Shown one piece after another: positions 42,901 to 54,900 of a stretch of 64,000 bases of DNA (within the stretch, counting starts at the first letter, position 1; every line of letters starts with the position of its first letter). The DNA is taken from the NCBI GenBank assembly GCA_964035545.1, contig OZ037765.1, positions 30,627,504-30,691,503 of the forward strand, read 5' to 3'. The position numbers and the translations under genes are program-made. This DNA comes from Bugula neritina (lineage: Eukaryota; Animalia; Bryozoa). The notes beneath the pieces are model-generated. The model made no database searches and was not told the DNA's origin. It saw only the letters and a list, made by a program, of their open reading frames with translations.

Positions 42901-45900
42901 TCTTCATTGTTTTTTACTGTCGGCTCAAAGACATCTAAACCTGCTGCATCACGAAACAACTCGAAACCTGCAACTAATAAAGCTGAAGTGGCTTCTGATC
43001 AAACTGATGGAAAAATCAGTAAGTACTTCATCACAAAACTTATGTTTTTATGTGTTTTATACTGTTTGTTTACTTTTTCTAACCTAAAAATATGCCTCTA
43101 GTGTCTAAATAATGTGTTATGTGATTGCGTTTGATGTATTGAAATAGTCATTTTCTTATTTGTTCTCACTCAGTTTTTAACGTACAGATTTATTCATGTT
43201 ACAACCTGCAGACTGTTACAACTGGACTTGCTTACAACTTGTTTCATAAAACAGACTAGGGTGTAGTTTAGTACACACTTTATTAAGTAATGGCTGTGGC
43301 CACCAAGCTTCAGAATTGGAAAAATGAGAGATTTTATGAAATTATGGCTAGAGTAAAAGGTTGGTCCAACTCAACATACAAACTTGAAAGTGCTCAGTTT
43401 ATTGCTTTCTAATATGTGATTGTATAGAATATGAATAAATTTATGTTCAATGCAACTCATAGTATCTGGTAGTAGTTTACACTGTCGGTAGTCCACACTG
43501 TCAGCAGTTCACAGTGTCAGTAATTCACAGTATCAATATTTATACTATCAGTAGTTCACAGTGTCAGTAATTCACAGTGTCAGTAATTCACAGTGTTCGT
43601 AATCTACACTGTCAGTAGTGTATAGTGCTGTGAAAACGTAATGTTGCTTTGACAGATTCAACTGATTCTAACTCTGAACTCAGTGCCCTAAGAAGGAGGT
43701 TTATAAAGGACCAGGAATCAAGCAGGATATACTTTGCTAAACGAGAGGCTCGAAGAAAAAAAGTTGAACAGGTATAGTATTTGCAGACTGCACCTCATGA
43801 CTATAGTTTGTATGAAAAGCATCTTTATGTGTAAGTATGTAAGTTGCCAGATATGTGGGTAGGTTCATGGAAGTGATGTAGTTTCAATCCATCTTACAAC
43901 ATTTTAAACATAATTAATATGATTTTTGAAATCACAAAGTATTAGTTATTTTGGAATGTTTAATAAGTTGTATTCATGCGCTGCTCCTACTGCTAAAGAT
44001 TCTTCTATGACTTTCCAGCACCTTGCAGTTGCTGGCAGCTGGTATTTGTGACACCTGCTATTTGTGACACCTGCTATTTGTGACACCTAGTATTTGTGAC
44101 ACCTGGGAGTTGCTGACACCTGGTACTTACTTGAGAAAATCAGCTGACTGACCTACTTAGCCAAACTGACTCCATGACTTATAGTAACTCAGTTTGCACC
44201 CACCAGACTGTGACTGTCAGTATAACTAATGCGGCTAGTTAGAATGCATATTCTAGTGCTTATTTTGTGACACCTTCAGGAGAGAAGGGTGTCAGTTAAA
44301 CAGCAGAGGGAGAATCAGGTCACTCTCTACAGACAATACAGAATTGGAGACTTGCCAGATATCCAGATAAAGCACTCTTCTGTCATCACTCCTCTGCAGG
44401 CTCTGGCACAGGTTTGTTAGGATTATGCTGTGAGTGGAAGACAGCAGTTATTCTAATAGTTGGTTTGATTAGTGTACAGTTGAATTTACTTCAAAGGGAT
44501 AAAGTGTAAATACCGTTTTGTTTTTTTAAGTTTTTATTTAACATTTTTTTGTTTCCTAGCAGAAGAAAATAGATTTCTGCCACGATGTTGGTGAAGTAGA
44601 CATGCTTCTATATAGACTTGGTTCTTGCCAGTTTTTATAGTATGAACAGTTGTTTGCTTCTGACATAAAGCATGCATAGCGAGCTAAGCAAAACTCTACA
44701 TGTGACCAACTATTGAAATTGTTTCTACCAATTCTTATAATCAGGAGTGTGTTGCAATGTTCTATGCAGTGTCATGTGCCATGTTTGTAGAAAGACGTAA
44801 CCACGGCTAGAATCCTGTTTCAAGAAATGTTTCACTCAATACTGGCTTCTGGCAGTGAAGGAGCTGGTGAAGTTAACAGAAATATTGTGGAACTTGTGAC
44901 GAATATACTCAGTTCCTCAATACAGTACCACCCGCCTCTCGTTGCTTGCCTTATGGTAATGGAGTCTTTTTAGTTTAATTGGCCCTAAACTCTAGCTAAT
45001 AGAATACACGATTTTTTTCATAAAATCAAGGAATTTATCCGCAAAATTGTAGCATAGTTATGGTAAATCTGTTGAAAGATATTTGTGTAATATGGTGTGT
45101 TATAAAGCATTACCTAAAATCATTTCAATATTTTATTGTGCTGTTAGCAGCGTAATATTACATATTACATATTACAGCGTCCTACATATGGACATTATTA
45201 AGTTGTATTATATACACTGTGTGTGAAGTGTACCACTTTGCACCTTTATAAAATGTTTGTGTTGTTTAAACATAATATCTGTAAGCTGATTTAGATGTTA
45301 TTACATAATTCAAAATGTTGGCTAAAAATCACCTCACATCAAATTATTCAACCAAAAAGCATGTCTTTTGGATGTATGACAAGAAAATTAATAAATATCA
45401 TTGTTTTGTATTCAGGAGTTGCTGGAGAAGTTGTCTTCTTCCGGTATCTCACCGACTCTCATTGCTGACTGTAGCATTCAGTGTAAACAGCAGCCTATTG
45501 GAGTTGTCACTCTTGAAAAGAAAATATTGTCGGATAATTCGGTGATGACAAGCAAGTCTAAGAAGAGAAGAGTTGATGGGGAAGATCCTCAGAGCTGGAT
45601 TGACCTTGTGAGGTGGGTTCATATAATCAGGTGAATTAATGTTATGTAAGATGATACTTTTATACCTGTTTGTTTGTTTATTTCATCAACCTAGTATTTA
45701 GAAAAACGTTATAAATGTAAAGGAAGTGAAGATTGAGGCCCAATGGGCTCGTCATTAACAGGTCCACCTGAACTGACAGCAACTCTGTCTAAAAGAGATG
45801 CAATTCAAAACACTTATTCTATCAGGCGAATTGATGTCGTTAGATGGATTAATATTGTGAGAATAATAATCATGTTTGTATATTGAAATAGCTAGTTTAA

Positions 45901-48900
45901 AATTTCCATCACTTGGTGTGGTTATCTCAATTTTATCAAGCAATTTTACATTTCTTTCCACAAAATATTTTGTTAAAGTTACTTTTAGTGATTTGATTAT
46001 TTAATATTAATATTTAATTGTTTAATTCTGTTAAATGCCATATTATTGCGTGTTGCAGGCTGTACAAGTCCATGTCTAACTACGACATCGTGCATAGTAT
46101 AGTTTCTAGTAAGATAACCTTACACGAGTCAACCAGACAAGCATTAGACTACGAATCTAAACACAGCTATGAGAAGGCGTGTGAGTTTTATGAGCTCAGT
46201 CTAAAGGAAGAGCAGTCTGGACAAGAACACGAGCTAGGTCTAGTAGATGATGCTAGGTTACATTGCATGGAACAGCTAACAAAGTGGGAGGACCTGGAGT
46301 CCACCCTTAAAGCCAACCTCGACCAAAATTTAGCTAATGTGTGGTTAGATTCTTCCAGCAAGGTATCTACTAATCCATAAGTGCTGAACCTTTCTAATAC
46401 TTTCTGTATAATCTAGTAGACTTCCATATCGAGACGTAATCCCTGTATTCAAGGAGTCGTCCTACCGATATTGTAGTGTTTGCAGCACTGTGCCTCGGGT
46501 CAACTGGTGAATACAATGACAACATTCTATTTTTAGTTTACTCTGATTATACATCTTTCTACAGCCAATTAAAGAAAAGTAATATTTGCAGAAAAAAATT
46601 TTTATTGGCAGCACTTATTTACTAGTTAAATATCAGCATTGGCATATAATATATATATTCAGGATTTACTCATGTTTTGGCCTGTTTACAAGGGTGGGAA
46701 GTCAAACTATCTTATGACTTGATGCTCAATCTGTTTATATGGAGCTCAAGAAAGAGAATGTTTGTAACAATGTGTGACTCAGTATGCTAGCAGGTCGTGT
46801 GGTGTTTTAGGACTACTACCTCAGCTCCCTTATGAAATGTCAGACTAAACTACTCATGTCAGGCAAAGATCAGTCACAGTTCCTCGAATTCATCAACGAT
46901 AGCTGCAGGAATAAAGAACAGCAGCAAATATTGGAGGTATTATAATTTTTTTTCCGTGGATATGACTTTAATGTAGATTGCTGTTACTGTAAAGCAATGT
47001 AAGTGAAAATTTAATATATTTTATTATTACTAACGTCTTTTGGTTTTTCAAGCTATTAAATGTACCACTAGCATAGTTTCTAGGATATGATTATGTATTT
47101 ACGTGAGAGAAATCTTTTTATTTTGGAGTTATCTACTACATTGATTGTAGCTGAACTACAGTGACCAGCTAGCTATCATCTACATGGCAAGCAAAGACTT
47201 TGGTAGAGCTCAGCATTATTATCAGATGGCAACAGAAAAGTTTCTTCATGATTGGTCGACAATCAGTCCCTTGATGACTGATGCCAGGTCTTACAACATG
47301 CAGTCACTGCAGGTAAAATGTAGTTTATTGTCACTGCATGTAAAATACAGTGTGTTGTCATATGTTTTGGGTTTTAACTGACATTTAAGCAAGTGATGGC
47401 TTTAGTAAAGTTTTTTGCTTTTCACTGAAATATAATGACCGCTTCATATTGAATTACATCATTAAATATTGTCAATTTCTCTGCTGCTTAATTGCATTTC
47501 ATTGGCTAATAAATGGTTTGTCCGAATCAAGTAGAAGCTGGCAGAAATGGGAGAGTTTTTAGACTTGGTACGAGGTAGTCCCGATGTTCCTTTAGCCTGT
47601 GACCTTATAACTCGGTGGGTGAACAGGTCACCCGGAGAGTTGTCTCAGTCTGCTGTGTGGGATGACGTTGTGACCAACAGGTAGGAGTTATCTTACCAAC
47701 TGCTAGCAAACTATTTATATTGTAGCCATCAGCAATTGTACAACTTGCTCTGTAATTGGCTACATTGGTGACTGGCACGTTTTCTATTTGAATAGTCTTG
47801 CAACAATGTAAATAATGTTTTAAAAGTTTCTAATTGTGTCCAGCAGTACATATGTGTGTCTAGATTTGTTTCCATCAACAGTTTTGGCCTAATTCCAAAA
47901 TATTCTAAATATGAATTTGTTGACAGTCTATATATGTTTCTAGAATTTTCTACATGGACATGTTAGACAGTCTATATATGTTTCTAGAATTTTCTACATG
48001 GACATGTTAGACAGTCTATATATGTTTCTAGAATTTTCTACATGAACATGTTAGACAGTTTATGTGTATTTCTAGAATTTTCTACATGAACATGTTAGAC
48101 AGTATACTGGATAGCAACTTATTTCTGGAGAACAGATTGCGTATGAAACTGAAGCAAGCTGCTCACACCACCACCATTGGCAATATCGACCTTTCCCTGA
48201 CTATACTTCGCAGTATTCGTAAAGTTAGTGAAACATTGGCATATTTTTCCTTATAGTAGAACTTTACTCAATAGAATAATATTCAATTTAGATTATCTAA
48301 TATTCATGGACAACAGTATTTGAACAGCCATGTTAGGTGCATATAATGTTAAGCATATTACTACAGTTAGTCCTATGTCTACAGATATATTCTAACTGTC
48401 TACAGATATATTCTAACTGTCTACAGATATATTCTAACTATCTACAGATATACTCTAACTATTTGCAGATATATTCTAACTGCTTAGAGATATATTCTAA
48501 CTATCTACAAATATATTCGAACTATCTACAGATATATTCTAACTATTTATAGATATATTCCAACTATCTACAGATATATTCTAACTGCCTAGAGATATAT
48601 TCTAACTATCTACAGATATATTCTAACTATCTGCAAATGTATTCTAACTATCTACAGATATATTCTAATTATATACAGATATATTCTAACTGTCCAGATA
48701 CTTTTAGCTGTCCAATAGTATAATGAGAAGTTATTCGCTATTAGAATCAAATTTGTCTCAAAACCAATATTTCAAAGGTTTTTGATGTCAACCAGTGCAG
48801 TGATTAGGAAATATAAACAACTACTGAGTTGCGTATAATTTGAATCCATGACTAATATTTAGATGTTGAAAGGAGAGTATTTTATCATATCCCCAGGTTC

Positions 48901-51900
48901 ATACACTATAACCTCTACCCTGGCCTCTTTCTGTATCTGACAGCTTTTTGGATTTACTTATAGGAAATTTCTGAAAAAGATGTTGGCTTTGATTTGAAGT
49001 TGCAGCTCGCTGCTGCCGGCATTGAAATACAGCAGCAACTGGCCAACAGACCTGATATCCTGCTGTCTTCTAGAATCAGACACACTTCAGCTGCTGTACG
49101 GGCCATAGGTGAGCTGTCTACACATCATCTAGTTTACACATTATACTCTACACATGACACTCTACAGGTTGTACTCTACACATGACACTCTACAGGTTAT
49201 ACTCTACACATGACACTCTACAGGTTGTACTCTACACATGACACTCTACAGGTTATACTCTACACATGACACTCTACAGGTTATACTCTACACATGACAC
49301 TCTACAGGTTATACTCTACATATGACACTCTACAGGTTATACTCTACACATGACACTCTACAGGTTATACTCTACACATGACACTCTACAGGTTATACTC
49401 TACACATGACACTCTACAGGTTATACTCTACATATGACACTCTACTGGTTATACTCTACACATCACATTATACTCTACACATGATGCTCTACATATTATA
49501 TACTCTACACACGATGATCTAAACTTTACAGGTTTTAATACTTTCTACACGTTTTACTCTAACAGAAAGTATATATCTGTGTTTATCTACATATATAATT
49601 GTTATGTCATAAATTATAAGCTACACAACTTACATGTAGATCAATATAGTGATGAGGCGGATAAAGCCCTCAACCCCTCTGACAGGCTCTACTATAAATG
49701 GTACTCTCTCAAAAGCAAGACTTGGAGTTGCCTACTTTCTGGTGTGCTGGAATCCACAACAGATGCACTACACAGCAGTGAGGAGGAGTTGCTATCTCTT
49801 GCTCAATGCAGTGAAGCATCTCAGGTATCATAAGCCACTATACGACTCTGTCATCACATGGTAAATACATCGAAATTGTTATAAAAAACTGAAAGTTTAT
49901 TTCTGTTCGCAATCTTTTTACTGCAATAATGCATGAAATTTGGATAAAAAGTTAAAACATCCATCAGATAATGTTTATCAGTTAATGTATTCCTGTGTGT
50001 GAAGTGTTCAGTTACTGTCATTATTATAATAGATAGAGTTTGCTATCTCTGACATCATATAACCATCCTTAGGTTGACTGCAAAGGAATTCATATTAATT
50101 ATGTAGCTTCACCTTTATATAAACTTTTTAACAATATTTTTAACCAAAAAAGATATACAAATTTATTCCTAAATGTCAAATTTAAAGTTATTTCTTTCAG
50201 TGTTATAATTTAACATTAACAAACAAACCTCACTTCAATGTTCACTACAGTTTATAGTATTTAGTATTTCACTAAAAGTTATATTATATATTCAGATAGA
50301 CTTTATGCTCAGTTTATTGGGATAGAGGAGACAACTGCTAGTTTATAAAACTTTGCTTATAGACAACAGTATGTAGGCATTTATTAAGTAAAAAATAGCA
50401 TATTTCATATAACTAGTAAATGTTAACTTACAGATAGTGTCAAGCATTTCCAAGAAAGCGTTGTCTTGTATTAAAAAGAGTATTTCTACAGAAGCTGATT
50501 TAGCCTGTGCGCACATGGACATGGTTATCTTTGCAGATCACTTGCTCCGTCACTGCGAAGAGGGTACGTAACAGTGAAACTCTCCTGCTAATAAATTGAA
50601 ATAAATAAAACACATTTACTGGCCTACAACTACTTGTTGTGATTGATTGATTGTAGCGGAAGTTAGTGTGGTTGGTAAGGGTGTTATCACAGAGCTGACC
50701 AATAACCTGGTACAATCTTGTACAAAAGCCTTAGTTCTAGGTTCTGAAAAGGCTTTAGGGTGGGTGCCAAGACTGCTGCAGCTACTGGAGATATATCCTG
50801 ACTCAGTGCCCGTGTTTAAGGAACAGGTAAATTTTCTTTAAGTTGTTTTATATTTTTTATTAATTTTTGTTAATAGTGTCCTAAAAATTAGTCAACTGGT
50901 ATTGCCTTGATTTTATGGGATTTAATAAACATGGCAATAATTGTGTAATTTTTTAAAATATTTTTAACATGGTTTTTGTATGTCAATATGTTTGTATTTT
51001 CTTTAAGAACTTAAAATTAGTATTTTTTTTGCCTATTCCAACATTTCCATGCAAACATTTCAGACAAAGGAAGTCCCTTGCTGGATGTTTCTGAGTTGGG
51101 TTTCCCAAATAGTGGCCATGTTGGACAGTGAGCATGGTGCAGCTGTCCACCACATTGTGTCCAATATTGCTGATTCATATCCCATGGCTCTTATATACTC
51201 TGTTAAGATCAGTTTGGAGGACTTTGTAACCAACGGCAACAGTGAGATCTGTCAGTTTATCTACAGGTGACTCATGTTATCTTTTTGTCTTCTTTCATTT
51301 ATTGTAATTTTTTACACTATCTTGGATTTTTCAGGACAAATCTAAAATAATGAGAAAGTAATTGTAGCTTATTCTATAATTTAATTATCATTATGGGAGT
51401 TGCTGTCCTTGTCAGTTTATAACCCATTGGAAAATTTAACAATATTGAAATTTCTCACATAGCCATAACTGCAAATAATTGGGTAACAACCTGATTTGAT
51501 ATCTCACTGATCTATCTTACTGAATACAAATTGTTCTTTCATTTATCAGTTTTTCATTTTGTAGTTTTTTTTCTGTCAAAATTTTTAGGAAATATTTTTT
51601 CATCAGCTCAGTGTTACAACTTTATTAAATTTTTAATTCCTCAGCATTCTTTATCCAAGGATAAATTAGTTGTGCGAGCCGGGGGGTGTAAGACTCACTC
51701 CACACTATTAGGTAGTTTTGTGCCAGGTGCTATTATTTCACTGTAAAGCAATGAACACCCATAAATAAGGTCTAAGGCTGTATTGTCATCGGGTCAATGC
51801 CTACTCTGTTAAGATTACGAGATGAGCTCAGCAAGTTTACTTTGGTGGATTACATGATAAGAGCTTTAGAGCAACTCTCCCAGCCGGATGCCCTCTTCCA

Positions 51901-54900
51901 GGAATGGGTGGCAGACGTGTTGGACATGTTTAAAAGCGGGAAAATCGACACCAAACAAGTCGGTCAGTTCTTCAACTAAATACTATTAAGACTGAGTCAT
52001 TACGAGTTTCCGTTTGAAAGCATCAATTTAGACTTATAAAGTTGTAAACTTGTAGGCAAATGGAAATGTGCCAATTGTTTAGTTTAAAATACATAGAAAT
52101 GTATTTTTGTTATAATGCAGACGTACAAATGAACATTTAAAGAAGTTCTGCTCTTATGTTTTTTAGTTGAACTGTCATGCGGTGTAGTCTTTGTTATTGC
52201 ATCTTGGAGTTATCTTCTCACAATTATAATGCTACTTTATTTGTTATGTTGTCTTGGTAATGCGTGGAGCTACACAATACATTACATATCTCTGTCAGCT
52301 ACTATGTACAACTTATTATTAACTTTTCTTATCAAGGTAACTTCAAGGTAACCCTATTTCTGAAACATGGAGTCTCTATTTTTGGGAAAAGTTGAAATCC
52401 AATCTGCCTAATCACCACTTAGACTGTCACTACTATTATACTATTATATAATATACCATAAATGCAGGATCTTTTTTTTCTGTTAATAAAGCTCACGTAA
52501 ATTTATAGTCGCTATCCCTGTGAGAAACCCTGATGGAAAAGGTTTTTTAAATTGGGCTAAAGACTTATTCATATGTGGCATGAAAGCAATTATGACTGGA
52601 CGCTCTTCCTAATATCACCAATGGCTTTTGCTGAGACTCGAACCACTGACCTTGTGTTTACTAGACTAGTGCTCTAACCTCTGCACTATGGCTGTTTTCT
52701 ATTATTTGCAGTATATAATTATCTATATCATTACAATATTGTGTTACAGAAACTTCATTCCAGCAGATGTGTAAAAATCTGTTTCCTTTGGGAGGTTCAG
52801 CAGGCGTCTCGTTATACAACGAAGAAGGCTATGTTGACTCTAACTGCTACAGAAACACCATTTCTAAGGTTATATAAACTTGGTTATGTTGGTTTTCTCT
52901 TATATGTGAAGCTGTGATAGGATTAAAATGCAACAATTTTGCACCCATTACAAAATTATTTATGCTGTATGTATTAATATACCATGGTACCATTATTATA
53001 TTATATTATATCATCATATTATGTAACCATTATCATATATTATATCATATTAAATCATATTATATTATATTGTTATTATTATATTATGTTACTGTATTAT
53101 CATATTATACTACCATTGTTATATAATATCATATTTCCATTATCATGTAGCATCATATTGTATCATAAAAACACTAGAAAATGAGTGAAGATAATTCCAA
53201 AAGCGTACTTATTCCGTGGTTGTTATTCATTGTTCTATTCGTAACACGACGTCATGTGCTAGCTTGCCAGTCATTTACTGCCTCATAGCACCACCTGAGG
53301 TGATCATACCATGACAATATAATGCTTTCAGGCATTTGAGAAAAAGGTTAAAGAATTGGCAGGCGAACGGGGAGAGAAAATCATAGGCCTAGGAGCTCAG
53401 GTATTGATTGTAGTTTACAGAATAAATGATAAACTAGTGTATAAGTGAACCCACGGAAGTGTGTTAGGCGGGGGAGGAGGGAGCTATGTCTTAAATTAAT
53501 TTATTTTCTATATTTTAAACCTTGTATAATACAGTGAGCACAAGCCATATACATACAATAACACAGGTAATTAATGCCTGACTAAAATAATTGTATAATA
53601 AAGTCTCTTTACTTTTACTACACGATCCAATTGTAGATTGACTAAAGATGTCAAATTTGAATAATTTAATTAAACAAGTACATAGACCAAGCTATTATTG
53701 GTTGCATATGACAGCATTATTGTTTTGAGGTCGAGTTAGTTTTTCAGAGTGTGCAAAGTTGTCTTCTCATTTTTGGCTAATACAAAATTAGGAATCTACA
53801 AATAAAAGCTTCGAGCTTTTGGTGTCATATCAACTAATCACATATTTGTTGTATCTTGTTTTATCTATCAGAAATATCTTGTTGTAGCTATTAAGAAGAA
53901 CAACCGTAGTAAATTTTTATGTGGTTATACTGAAAAAAGGTTGCTTTTTATCTGTCTAGTTTGTGTGCTGGTCATGAACTGCTTGCCTGTGTTTAATAAC
54001 ATATTTAATTAAAAAGCAATGAGCCAAGTGTTTTGTAGTCTTATAAAATTTTGTGGTGACGGTAGGATATTTTTACCCTCATGTATTTTATTATTGCTAT
54101 TTTTAGAAGTTCAGGTCAAAGTTTAGCACCATCTACAAAGATATGAAAGAATATCCGCAGAATCCTCCAGGTAACTTTATTAAATTCAATATTGAAACTC
54201 AACAGGTGAAACAATCCACTGTGTGATGACATTTCTGTATAATTTAGCTCACAACTCAACCTTTTATCTCAAGGGTTGGTTTGATAGGCTGAGTTTTGGC
54301 TTCACACGGCCAAAGCAGCAAATTCTGTAAGCTTTGTTGGGCCAAGTTTTTTATTATAGCAACAATTAATATATAGAAATACGTAGCTGCAATCTTTCTG
54401 CTTTACATCACATATTATCTCTTCCTTTATGTCATGCTCTTGTTTCAGATTTGATAAAAGACTATTCAACGTGGCTGGCTGAATTCAACGGAGAGCTGAT
54501 GGACCAGCAGCTGGAAATTCCTGGTCAATACGGGAAGGGTACCTGCAAGCCCCTTCCTGAGTACCATGTGACTATCTCAGGCTTTGATGAGAAAGTGAGT
54601 TCTTCCACTTTGTTAAGTATAGTTGGCTAATGTATTGGACATGCTGTTTATTATCGTTTGCTATTATATGTTGTGATATACTATGATATATATTACTATA
54701 TTCTCTTATGGTATGTAATACATTATCATCATATACTCTTGTATGCTATAATATATTGTAATAAACTATTATATAATGCTAAAGTGTATTACATATAATA
54801 TTCCAGTACTATGATATGCTATAATATATCACTATTTACTATGGTACACAATCATAGTATATTATTATATGCCAAAATATACTATAATTTCGCAGAAATA

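Noticed and set aside
48337-48552. LQIYSNY repeat ORF
   Set aside because: 21-bp minisatellite with no downstream donor. The flanking exons already join in frame.
931-49520. Regularly spaced repeats as CRISPR arrays
   Set aside because: Head-to-tail tandem units with no unique spacers, no cas genes, and a eukaryotic intron context.
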